DNA of 64,000 nucleotides from Pseudomonadota bacterium (lineage in GTDB: Bacteria > Bdellovibrionota_B > Oligoflexia > Oligoflexales > CAIYRB01), in assembly GCA_031416315.1 (NCBI GenBank), contig JANOTL010000065.1:1-64000 (forward strand). The letters are read 5' to 3'. A program made the position numbers and the translations under genes. Of this stretch, positions 46,701 to 57,023 are shown in pieces. Position 1 is the stretch's first letter. Every line of letters begins with the position of its first letter. The notes under the pieces are model-generated. The model worked only from the letters and a program-made list of their open reading frames with translations. It ran no database searches and was not told where the DNA came from.

Positions 46701-49494
46701 CGACTACTACTGGTACCCGAGCGAATCCGGCCGCGACCAGACGCCGCGGCCGTTCAAGCCCGGCTGGATCGAGGTCAAAGCGCCCGAGCGCGTGCAGACC
46801 GGCGAGAAGATCAAGGTAAGCTTCGTCGCGCCCTATAAGGGTCGGGTCTTGATGACGGCGGAGACCGACGAGATCGTCGCCAGCGAATGGCGCGACGTCG
46901 CCGCCGGCAACGTCGAGTGGACCTTCCCGCTCGACCGGTTCGTGCCGAACGTTTACGTCAGCGTTTTCCTCGTCAAGGATCCGCACCTCGAGTCGAGCCA
47001 GAGCTTCATGCCCGACCGCTCATTTGGCGTGAGAAACGTCGCGGTCGACCCGGTGAATTTCCGTCACGAGCTGAAGCTCACGGCGCCCGCCGAAATCGAG
47101 CCGAACTCGACTTTGACGGTCGACCTCGATCTGGGCGCGAAAGTCGAGGGCGACGCCTACGTCGCGGTCGCCGCGGTCGACGAGGGCGTCCTCTCGCTTA
47201 CGCGCTTCAAGACGCCGGATCCGCTGCGGGCGATTTTCCAGGCGCGAGCCTTGGGCCTAGAAACTTACGAGACGATCGGCTGGAATGTCATGCTCCCCGG
47301 CGCGGGCCCCGCGAGCCACACGGGCGGCGACGGCGCCGGGGGCGACAAGCCGATCACGTTGGTGAAACCCGTCGCCCTTTGGTCCGGCCTCGTGAAGGTC
47401 GAGAAAGGCGGGAAGGCGAAGGTCACCTTCGAGGTCCCGCAATATCGCGGCGAGCTGCGCGTGATGGCGGTGAGCATCGACAAGCAGCGCCTCGGCTCCG
47501 CGAGCGCGCAGGTTCAGGTCAAAGATCCCCTGGTCCTGCAGACGACCTTGCCGCGCTTCCTCACCGAAGGCGACAGCTTCAACATCCCGGTCTCGATCAG
47601 CAACCAGTCGGGCGCCGAGCAAAAGGTGAAGGTCGAGGTCCAAACTGCCGCGATCCCGCTCGGGGGCGATCCGGAGTCCGACTACGGCGAAGCGGTCGCC
47701 ATTGAGGGCTCCAAGGTCGTGGAAATCCCGCTCGCCGTGGGGCAAACGCAGACCGTGGTCTTCCGCGCCCGCACGGTCTCTCGCGTCGGCGGTGCCAAAG
47801 TCACCATCAAGGCCAGCGCCGGCGCGCTCGCCTCGCACGAGGAACTCGAGGTGCCGATCCTTTCGGCGGCGCCGAAATCTCGCATCGTCAAGCGCGTCGA
47901 GCTCGCAGGCGGCGAGTTCGACGTCCTGCCGCATCTCGCCGGCTGGGTGCCCACCACCGAGTCGACGAGCCTCTGGGTCACCGCGAATCCTTACGCCGAC
48001 GCCTTCGGCCATTTGAAGCACCTGATCCAGTATCCCTACGGCTGCATCGAGCAGACGACTTCGACCATGCGCCCGCTCCTCGCATTGAAGGATCTCCTGC
48101 AGCAGGCCGACCCGGAGATGGGCGCGCCGCTGATCGAGGACATGGTGAAGAAGGGCATCGAGCGCATGCTCTCGATGCAGACGCCGAGCGGCGGCTTCGG
48201 CTATTGGCCTGGATCCGACAACGCCATTCCTTGGGCGACGGCCTACGCGACGCACATCCTCCTCGACGCCCAGAAGTTGAATTACCCGGTCCCGAAGGAG
48301 CGGATCGACGAAGCCCTCAGCTACCTGACCAACACGCTGCTCAACACGTACAGATACATGGGCGACGCGACCGAAGGCGAAAGCGACCCGCACGATCTGC
48401 GCGGGTCGGCGCCGTACATGCACTACGTCCTCGCGTCTTCGGGCAAAGGCTTGAAGGCGGACATGCAGAAGCTCCTCGACGATCTTCTCACGCGGAAGAA
48501 AGCGTCTGAGGAAGGCGCCGAGCAGCTCTACCTCCTGAAAGCGGGGCTTTGGCTCGCCGGCGACCGCCGCTTCGAGGGCGACCTGAAAAAGCCGGACTTG
48601 ACGCCGATCACGCCTTATCGCCGCAACGGCTGGACCTTCTACTCCGACTTGCGCCGCCGCGGTCTCTTGCTTTCCGTGATGACCGATCTTTTCGGCGCCG
48701 ACCCGGCCGCCGAGCCCTTGGCCACGCTCGTCGCCGAGCGGCTGCGCGCCCAAAAAAGCTCTTGGTACACGACCCAGGAGATCGTCTGGGCCGTGACGGG
48801 CTTGGGCAAATTCGTCCAAGGCGGCGCCAAAGCTTTCGACGCGACCTTGAAAGTCGACGGCAAGGAAGAAGGCGCGCCCACCTTGGCCCAAGGGGGCGAC
48901 AAGAGCTGGCGCCTGCGCCGAGCCAGCGAAAAGAACAAGCTCAGCGTCGTGGTCGACAAGAAGGACGAGGGCAAGGTCTACCTGATGCTCTCGAGCGAGG
49001 GCGTCCGCGCCGTCCCCGACTACCGGACGGGCGGCGAAGGCCTGAAGATCTCCCGCGCTTACCGCAAGCAGGACGGCTCGCCTCTAGACCCCGAAGCCGA
49101 GGTCGCGCTTGGCGAGGTGATCTTCACCGAGCTGTCGATCACGAACGCCACTGGCGACGCGATCGAGAACATCGCTCTGGTCGACCGCTTCCCTGCCGCC
49201 TGGGAGATCGAGAATCCCCGATTGGGGCGCGGCACCGCTGCCGCCTTCGTCGACCAGGCGAGCCTCTGGGAGCTCGCCTACATGAACATCCGCGACGACC
49301 GCATGGAGCTCTTCGGCGCGCTCAGCGGCCACGAGACCCGCAAGGTCTACTACGCCTCGCGCGCCGTCGTCAGCGGCCGCTTCGCCATCCCGCCGGTGGA
49401 GGCGGAGGCGATGTACGACCCGCGGATTTGGGCGCGGGAGAATGGCGGGAAGACGAATGTGAAGGGGCCTTGGAAGGAGTTTGCGGGGCAGTAG
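43735..49494 (+). CDS. Bacterial alpha-2-macroglobulin (YfhM-like), TM-anchored
   Basis: SDRGAYRPGET, VEEFVPER, AVDEGVL, LPRFL, thioester YPYGCIEQ, GGFGYW, TTQE, AEAMYDP. Confidence 0.96.
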   Translation: MRHSSLTRLVFALVAAAILGYGGLHAYRKYGRAAQPTTTQKPPLPRTDPQLAPVNQPAGAAVPALDPTLTAAWTMEDLGATIQPLGEDGTLPTAIRVAFAKPLAPGSTQPVPAGTKITLDPETEGQLTWGTTPAELVFTPAAPLKYGVSYKVTLDAVEIDGRAVLPAAAGQVSRVFQTPAFELKRVSLARVNDKAGLTEFDVVFTGPVEASRLKAFASWTISGGTAGTPEYRTGKAANEVISALPTGNLTGEQTLQFSLKSGMPALADGGGTAPAKVQKVPLFAGKDVTVKAVRLKEGVNGFYIHVICNDGSRWSGADEVYQNRIYYYDNDTHDGMYVSDRCAFDEATARSKIRIKPAAKWSLVPARGGFRILGDFVAGDLSLEIDAGLPSVDGGVLKTPVVETFAVPRRKPSVAFVARGRYLPRDTWKSLGIKHLNVDRAELEVRVVPPENLIFWMSADAETADLRNSNLVVKKDLKLGGKPDEAKNTWIDLAAILGSPPRGVIELSITEKPTGKSVDKKRLVITDINLVAKRGRGGQTVHVWALNMKDGSPLAGVNVRQIVRSGRAISECVTSSSGACMLGWDKQKELDAGAVPFALVASKDSDLTYLRYEDLKTEISEQIVQGRPFSGGATPYRAAVWSDRGAYRPGETAHVTGVVRGQDDLAPPFKDSGMPVELRLFDPREKLVRKLNLEANAVGIVSADLAFASFANTGRYRVTLHAGNAEIGTYSFNVEEFVPERLKVEAVATAPSLLGAEAGTFDVTARYLFGGSAEGSRVELRCELWPGAFTPPENANFAYGVWYPDRDSPKGLPLGNVSGKLDENGKTQLSCPTQAEGGMLAGPARLMARAIVFEGESGRSTQSEAQIAVHPERFYIGLSSGQEKLSRGDTLNFQGVLVDWDGKLILTDEAIEVELVRLETEYDWSWDEGGGDSNYKRFQRQASEGKSTVAVKGGKFEGQFKIAQGGSGFLVRARAKNARTDLSLKGDDNDYYWYPSESGRDQTPRPFKPGWIEVKAPERVQTGEKIKVSFVAPYKGRVLMTAETDEIVASEWRDVAAGNVEWTFPLDRFVPNVYVSVFLVKDPHLESSQSFMPDRSFGVRNVAVDPVNFRHELKLTAPAEIEPNSTLTVDLDLGAKVEGDAYVAVAAVDEGVLSLTRFKTPDPLRAIFQARALGLETYETIGWNVMLPGAGPASHTGGDGAGGDKPITLVKPVALWSGLVKVEKGGKAKVTFEVPQYRGELRVMAVSIDKQRLGSASAQVQVKDPLVLQTTLPRFLTEGDSFNIPVSISNQSGAEQKVKVEVQTAAIPLGGDPESDYGEAVAIEGSKVVEIPLAVGQTQTVVFRARTVSRVGGAKVTIKASAGALASHEELEVPILSAAPKSRIVKRVELAGGEFDVLPHLAGWVPTTESTSLWVTANPYADAFGHLKHLIQYPYGCIEQTTSTMRPLLALKDLLQQADPEMGAPLIEDMVKKGIERMLSMQTPSGGFGYWPGSDNAIPWATAYATHILLDAQKLNYPVPKERIDEALSYLTNTLLNTYRYMGDATEGESDPHDLRGSAPYMHYVLASSGKGLKADMQKLLDDLLTRKKASEEGAEQLYLLKAGLWLAGDRRFEGDLKKPDLTPITPYRRNGWTFYSDLRRRGLLLSVMTDLFGADPAAEPLATLVAERLRAQKSSWYTTQEIVWAVTGLGKFVQGGAKAFDATLKVDGKEEGAPTLAQGGDKSWRLRRASEKNKLSVVVDKKDEGKVYLMLSSEGVRAVPDYRTGGEGLKISRAYRKQDGSPLDPEAEVALGEVIFTELSITNATGDAIENIALVDRFPAAWEIENPRLGRGTAAAFVDQASLWELAYMNIRDDRMELFGALSGHETRKVYYASRAVVSGRFAIPPVEAEAMYDPRIWARENGGKTNVKGPWKEFAGQ

Positions 49495-49501
49495 TCATGA
49501 T

Positions 49502-50185
49502 TTAAAAGCTGAACCCGGTCAAAAAGAAGTAACTGAACTTCAACTGCCTGCCGCGGACATCGTCGTAAGCCGCCAGGGTCTTCGCTCTTTGCTCCGGGTC
49601 GACGTCGCCGCGCGAGCCGTCGTTGTAGAAGGTGCGGCGGCTGTACACCTGCCTTTCGCCGGAGAGGCCGAAGACGGATGTGAAAATCTGCTTGTCGCGC
49701 TCGGTGATGACCGAGGTGCCGATGGTGCCCCCGGCCGTGGCGAAGCGATCGGCCCATTCGACGGTCGTCGTCTCGGGCTCGGCCAACGCGAAATTGACCG
49801 TGTGCTCCGCGTAGCCGGCGCGCGCTTCGCCGTACCGTGACGTCACTCCCCAAAAGAAGAAGGAATTTTTCGAGGGAAAGTGGAGGATCGAAGCCCGCCC
49901 GGAGTACTCGCGCGTACCGACCTTGCGTAGCTCGAACACGTTCTCGTTGCCGGAGACGCTGAAGGCGCCTTCGCCGCGGCCCCCGCTGACGACGGTCTCG
50001 CTTCCTTTGGTCGGGACGTCGACGTTCGCCACCAAGCCTACCGCTCGCCCCGGATGGTAAAGCGCGCCCGGGACCCCGAGCGTCAGAGGAAACCGCTCCC
50101 GCGCGAGGCCCGGATCTTTGACGAAGGTCGCGCAGCCGGTCTGGAGCAGGAAGAAGAGCGCGACGAGAAGACGCAGCGGGCGCAT
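49502..50185 (-). CDS. Hypothetical lipoprotein with beta-barrel-like C-terminus
   Basis: Lipobox QTGC; beta-rich; ends YFFLTGFSF. Confidence 0.7.
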   Translation of the reverse strand: MRPLRLLVALFFLLQTGCATFVKDPGLARERFPLTLGVPGALYHPGRAVGLVANVDVPTKGSETVVSGGRGEGAFSVSGNENVFELRKVGTREYSGRASILHFPSKNSFFFWGVTSRYGEARAGYAEHTVNFALAEPETTTVEWADRFATAGGTIGTSVITERDKQIFTSVFGLSGERQVYSRRTFYNDGSRGDVDPEQRAKTLAAYDDVRGRQLKFSYFFLTGFSF

Positions 50186-50370
50186 CGGCAAATCTCCAAG
50201 GAAGGGAATCTGCTCATTTTATCACGCCGTCGCCTCGGCTTAGCCTCGGCTTCATTTTGGGCGCGTTCAAAAATCTGTTGTTTGCTGAACGAAATGGCCG
50301 AAATATACCCTTCGAGCCGTCTGGAAGTACCAAGCGGGTAGACCGAGCACCACTCGCAAACGAGGTCCCC

Positions 50371-51246
50371 GTGCGACTTGCACCGTCTCTGTCAATGCTC
50401 CTCCTGATGATCCTGGTGGTCTCTCCGCACGCGACCGCGGCGACAGAATGTGCCTACGAGGTCCGCGACCAGCGGCTTTTCACCATCGCCGAGGGCACGC
50501 CCGTTTTAGCGAGTCTCCGTTTCACCGAAAATACGGTTTGGGCCTGCAACGGAGAGCACGTCGCGATCTGGCGGCCTGCAACGATCTTGCCGCTGCCCGG
50601 AACGGGCGAGATCCTGTTCGCGCGCGGCGACGAGCGGCTGAAGACGCTGACGACCGATGCGCTGGCGCCGAATCCGGTCGGCGATCGAGTTGCGATCGAA
50701 GTGAGGGAGAGCGGTTTCCAAGTCCGGTACTATTTCGATTTCTCGACGGTCCAGCGCGAGATCGCCGAGGAAGACCGCGCGCTCGACGGGACACTGCTCT
50801 CGGCGACAATTCACCTGCGAAGGCCCGCAGGCTGCGAGGGGGCCTACTACACCGGTACGTTGCGACCTGCATACTACGCGGCGCGCACGGGACTGACGCA
50901 CTCGTACCTCTCCGAAGCACGCCTTCAGGAACTGCGCGCCACGCTCGGCAACGACCTGCTCAACATCTCGTACGCAGCGCGGAAAAACCTCTGCACCGCC
51001 GGCAATCTTGTGTCTCTCGGCACGACGACCGTGAGCAACGGATCCGTCGAGGTCGAAATGCCGATGTTGACCTTCGCGAACGCGGACGGGGTGATCGCGC
51101 AGCACGAGCTGGAAGGCCTGCACAACATTTATGCTGCGGCAGACGGCCGCGTTTTTGCCTATTACGACGCCCGATCGGCTATTGCCATCTACGACGACGC
51201 GGGCCGCTATCTCGAGACGATAGATCCCGTGACAATGGGAAGATGA
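50371..51246 (+). CDS. Secreted hypothetical protein
   Basis: GAGG + GTG, signal peptide ending ATA-A. Confidence 0.65.
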   Translation: MRLAPSLSMLLLMILVVSPHATAATECAYEVRDQRLFTIAEGTPVLASLRFTENTVWACNGEHVAIWRPATILPLPGTGEILFARGDERLKTLTTDALAPNPVGDRVAIEVRESGFQVRYYFDFSTVQREIAEEDRALDGTLLSATIHLRRPAGCEGAYYTGTLRPAYYAARTGLTHSYLSEARLQELRATLGNDLLNISYAARKNLCTAGNLVSLGTTTVSNGSVEVEMPMLTFANADGVIAQHELEGLHNIYAAADGRVFAYYDARSAIAIYDDAGRYLETIDPVTMGR

Positions 51247-51289
51247 GGGCTCTGACATGGTCGAGAGAATCCCGAGAGTGGCGAGCATG

Positions 51290-51307
51290 GGGCTTGGCAC
51301 CAAGCCC
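51290..51307. terminator. Possible hairpin terminator between convergent genes
   Basis: GGGCTTG-gcac-CAAGCCC stem-loop, no clear U-tract. Confidence 0.3.
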
Positions 51308-51322
51308 TAGCGACCGACCCTT

Positions 51323-54160
51323 TCACGCCACCCGCAACCCAGGCGCCACCACCCTCATCTCCATCACCCGCCGATAAGCCAAAGCCAAGCTGGCCTCCAA
51401 GACATGCGCCACCGCCGACTCGTCCACGGCCCCGTCCACCAGCAAAGGCTCCGTTTCGAACATCGGCCATTGCCCCGTCGCCAAGCCCGCGATCTCCGCG
51501 CACTGCACGATCACGACGCAGCGTCGATCTCCGAGAGCTTCGCCGAGCGAGGCGGCGCTCATTCCCGCTAACGCATGCTCGTCGATGACCAGGATCGTCG
51601 CGGTCGCGCTCGAGGTCTCGCCGGCCGCGGGCAAGCTCGTCCGGACGTGCAAGGGAATCGCGCCGAGATGCGCGGGCGCGATCCGCGCGAGCTTCGCCTG
51701 GATGTCCTCGGCCGCCGGCGTCACCAGGATCGCCTCCAGCTCGATCGTCGCCAAGTGCTCGGCGCTGGCCGCCGGCAGCGACATGACGATGTCTTGCGAC
51801 TCCCGCTCGACCTCTGCGTAGATTCCCCCTTCCAGCATCGCGAGCGCGAGGTCGTCGACTTGCTGGATCACCGTTTCCGCGTACGTGCCCTCGTCGGGCG
51901 CCGAGACGCCGATGCGGACTTCGATCGCGGCGGACGGCGCCGTCGCGACGGTCAGCTCGATCGTCGCCGGTCGCGTCGTCGAGGCGACGGCCGTGCGAAC
52001 GAGCTGGCGTAAGCCATGCGCGAACACCATGCGGTCGGCGGCGGCGAAGCCCGTGCCCCGGATGACGAACTCGACGCCGTGGATCCCGGCATGCTCGGCC
52101 TTCACCGCGCGGAGCTCGCACTCCAAGCTGAAGATCGTCACCCGCGAGCTCGCGTCGACCCCTTTTACCGGGAAAAAGACCTCCACCGCGCTGCCTTGCC
52201 CTGGCGCGCCGAGGATACGCGCGTCGCCGCCCAGCTTGCGGGCGATATCGCGCACGACGTCCAGGCCGACGCCGCGGCCGGAGAGCTCGGTGACGCTCTC
52301 CGCCGTCGTGACGCCCGGCGCGAAAAGCCGGTCGAAGACGCCGAGGTCGTCGAGCGCCGCAAGCTCCGCCGCCGTCGCCGCGCCCTTCTTCACGAGCTTC
52401 TCCTCGAGCGCCTTGCGGTCCAAGCCGCGCCCGTCGTCTCTGATCGTGACGCTCGCCATGCGGTCGATCATCCGGCTCTCGATGACGATCCGTCCCGCGG
52501 CCCCCTTGCCGCCGGCCCTCCGCTTCGCCGGCGCCTCGATGCCGTGGTCCAGGGCATTGCGCAGGCAATGGATCAGGATGTCGCTCAAGGCTTCCATCGC
52601 CGCCAGGTCGAAAAAGCGCGCATTGCCGCTCAGCGCCAAAGGCTCGAGCAGCTTCCCGTGGCGTTGTGCCAGATCCTGCATCATTCGGTCGAAGCGCTCG
52701 ACGTAGAGCGTTAGATCCTCCTTGCCGACGCAGGCGACGGCCAGGCGATATTCACCGTGCAGATCGGAGAGCCGCGCCAGGTGGACCTCCCCCGAGTTGA
52801 GCTCGGAGAAGAGCCGCGCCAACAAAGACTTCAGCCACTGCGTGTGCGCGGCCTGCGTGCCGCTCACCGTCTCGCGGACGTCGCCGAGGAACTTCGCGCG
52901 CAAAGACGCGTAGCTCTCGACTTCGTTGACGACGAAGCGCACGTAGTCCTGCAAGGTCCGCGCTTCCTCCGGCCGCCGCACACCTTCCCGAAGGAGCCGC
53001 GAGGCCAGCTCTTCCGCTTCCCGTGCGACGCGCACCGTACGGCCGAGCCCGAGGAGTCGCGCATGGCTTTTCACCGTGTGCAAATGCCGCAACACGGCGA
53101 CGACGTCTTCGCGCCCCGGAAGGAGCTGATGCGAGCCGGAGCTCGGGCTCAAAGACTCCTGGCACTCCGCGGCCAAAGACGAGACTTTCTTGACGAAGAG
53201 CGCGAAGGCTCCGTCTTCGATCGCCAGGAGCTCCGACAGCCGCTCGAGCCGCGCCTCCAGCTCTTGCCGGTCTTTCTGCGCAGTCGCGGCTTCCGCGGTG
53301 ACGCGCGTGACCTCGGCGCGTCGCGTGTCGAGGTCGTGCTCCAGAGTCGCCGTCCGCCGCACGAAGCGTCGTACGACGACGAGCGCGGCGAGCAACGAGA
53401 TCACGGCGTAAACGAGGAGAATCGATGCCGCGACCCGGCGCCAATCCCGAGGCGGCTCCGCCGTTTGCAGCACCTGCGCGATGAGGCCCTGCGGCGCGGT
53501 CACCAGCTCTCGATCGAGCTTCGCGTCCAGCGCCTCGAGGCTTTCCTGAGGCCCGATCGTGCGCACGTTTGTCGACGAGACCGCCAGGACCCGCGTCTTG
53601 TCGCGAAGGACGAAGTCGTGGCCCGTGAGCCGCGCGACCTCGGCCGCGAACGCATCGTCCAACGGCGTTCCCAACCGGAGGTAGCCGTAACGGCTGGCGA
53701 CGTCGCCGAGCACGCCCACGACCCGCAGCTCCGGCACGCCCTCCGCGCTCGTGACGACCTCGACTCGAGGCGTTCCCGAGGCCAGACGCTCGGCTTCACC
53801 GATGCCGGTCGAAGGCTCAGGGGAAAGGCTCGCGAGCGGCGCGCCGCCGTCGTCGTAGGCCTCACAGCGGCTGAGCTTCCGTGCTCCGCACAGAGTCCGC
53901 ATTGCGCTCGCAATGGCTTCGCCGTCCAAGGTCTCGACCGCCGACGCCAAGGTCGCGTCGTTCCGCACCGATCCGAGGTCGGCGAGGAGCCGCAAGGCGC
54001 GCGCCTCCAGCGCATGCGCGTACACCTGGGCGACGTGCTCCAAGTCGGGCGCGGCCGACCGCGAGAAGACGGGCGGTCCGATCACGACGAAGCTCACCGC
54101 GACGGCGAGCGCGAGCGCGACGAGCTGGGTCAGGGCGAGAATGCGGACGGGAAAACGCAT
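51323..54160 (-). CDS. Membrane-bound CheA-like histidine kinase (TM-sensor-TM, Hpt, HATPase; no evident CheW domain)
   Basis: HLHTVKSHARLLG Hpt; HCLRNALDHGIE, DDGRGLD, FAPGVTTAESVTELSGRGVGLDVV. Confidence 0.88.
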   Translation of the reverse strand: MRFPVRILALTQLVALALAVAVSFVVIGPPVFSRSAAPDLEHVAQVYAHALEARALRLLADLGSVRNDATLASAVETLDGEAIASAMRTLCGARKLSRCEAYDDGGAPLASLSPEPSTGIGEAERLASGTPRVEVVTSAEGVPELRVVGVLGDVASRYGYLRLGTPLDDAFAAEVARLTGHDFVLRDKTRVLAVSSTNVRTIGPQESLEALDAKLDRELVTAPQGLIAQVLQTAEPPRDWRRVAASILLVYAVISLLAALVVVRRFVRRTATLEHDLDTRRAEVTRVTAEAATAQKDRQELEARLERLSELLAIEDGAFALFVKKVSSLAAECQESLSPSSGSHQLLPGREDVVAVLRHLHTVKSHARLLGLGRTVRVAREAEELASRLLREGVRRPEEARTLQDYVRFVVNEVESYASLRAKFLGDVRETVSGTQAAHTQWLKSLLARLFSELNSGEVHLARLSDLHGEYRLAVACVGKEDLTLYVERFDRMMQDLAQRHGKLLEPLALSGNARFFDLAAMEALSDILIHCLRNALDHGIEAPAKRRAGGKGAAGRIVIESRMIDRMASVTIRDDGRGLDRKALEEKLVKKGAATAAELAALDDLGVFDRLFAPGVTTAESVTELSGRGVGLDVVRDIARKLGGDARILGAPGQGSAVEVFFPVKGVDASSRVTIFSLECELRAVKAEHAGIHGVEFVIRGTGFAAADRMVFAHGLRQLVRTAVASTTRPATIELTVATAPSAAIEVRIGVSAPDEGTYAETVIQQVDDLALAMLEGGIYAEVERESQDIVMSLPAASAEHLATIELEAILVTPAAEDIQAKLARIAPAHLGAIPLHVRTSLPAAGETSSATATILVIDEHALAGMSAASLGEALGDRRCVVIVQCAEIAGLATGQWPMFETEPLLVDGAVDESAVAHVLEASLALAYRRVMEMRVVAPGLRVA

Positions 54161-54255
54161 GCTTAGGCATCGGCAAGCAGCCGGAGAAAGATGATCCTCG
54201 CCGGCGCCTCGACCGAAATATCTATCTGATATTACTGAATTAATTGAATTCCCTA

Positions 54256-54283
54256 TCAAGTCGACCAAGTCTTCCGCCGATTC
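54256..54283 (+). promoter_or_regulatory. Putative sigma-28-type promoter
   Basis: TCAAG-N15-GCCGATTC upstream of the 54331 gene. Confidence 0.5.
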
Positions 54284-54330
54284 CTGAGTCAACAGGATTC
54301 AGAGCTCCCGCGACCTCCGGAGGCGATTTC

Positions 54331-56157
<1,827 letters not shown>

Positions 56158-56169
56158 AGCGTCGCGCCG

Positions 56170-56766
56170 CTATCGCTCCAAGGCCATCCGCACCAGGTCG
56201 GCGATCGACTCCGCCCCGAGCTTCCGCATCACCCGCGCGCGGTGGATCTCCACCGTCCGGATGCTGATCGCCAGATCCGTCGCGATGACCTTGTTCGGCT
56301 TGCCAGAGACGATGCGCTCCAGCACCTCGCTCTCGCGCGGCGTCAAACGGTCGAAGCGCCGCGTCACTTCGCTCGAGTCCTGCTTCTCGCGCCAATCTTT
56401 GATGCTGCACTCGACCGCGGCCCGCACCATTTCGACGAGCTCGGGCAGGGGCCGTCCCTTCTCGAAGACGTCGTAAGCGCCGTTCTTCACCACGGCCACC
56501 GCCGTCGCGACGTCGACGAAGGCCGACATCACCACGACCGCGAGCGGGTGGTCCACCGCCGCCAGACGACGCTGTAACTCGAGCCCGCCCATCCCGGGCA
56601 TGCGGATGTCAGTGAGTAAGCACCCGGGACCCGGCTCCAAAGCGGCCGCGAAAAAGTCCTCCGCCGACGCGAACACGGTCGCCGGCAGATCGTCTCCGGC
56701 CAAATATTCGGCCACGACCGAGCGGAGCTCCGCATCGTCGTCGACCACGTATACGTGTGCGCTCAT
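56170..56766 (-). CDS. FixJ/LuxR-type response regulator
   Basis: VVDDD, LTDIRMPGMGG, LTPRESEVL..GKPNKVIA..ISIRTVEIHRARVMRKL. Confidence 0.93.
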   Translation of the reverse strand: MSAHVYVVDDDAELRSVVAEYLAGDDLPATVFASAEDFFAAALEPGPGCLLTDIRMPGMGGLELQRRLAAVDHPLAVVVMSAFVDVATAVAVVKNGAYDVFEKGRPLPELVEMVRAAVECSIKDWREKQDSSEVTRRFDRLTPRESEVLERIVSGKPNKVIATDLAISIRTVEIHRARVMRKLGAESIADLVRMALER

Positions 56767-56990
56767 GGTCCTGAGTTTAGGCGCACCTGAACGGCGACAC
56801 AATCGGCTGATTTGCGCACGCGAGCGCAACCATTTCTCACCAAGTAGACCTTGCCGACCAGGATCCCGAGTCCGCAAGCGCGCCACGCGGCAGCGCCCGG
56901 CTGCCAGCCAAGCGGCCTCGGCGAGCTCGGTCCATCGCAAAATGTCGCTGTCTAACGCCTTCATGTTGAGAGGATAGCCAGGAACCCGCC

Positions 56991-57017
56991 TCAAGCCGGC
57001 CTCCAGACAGCCGACAA
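56991..57017 (+). promoter_or_regulatory. Sigma-28-type promoter (leaderless-like)
   Basis: TCAAG-N14-GCCGACAA ending 6 nt before ATG 57024. Confidence 0.6.
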
Positions 57018-57023
57018 CGAAGC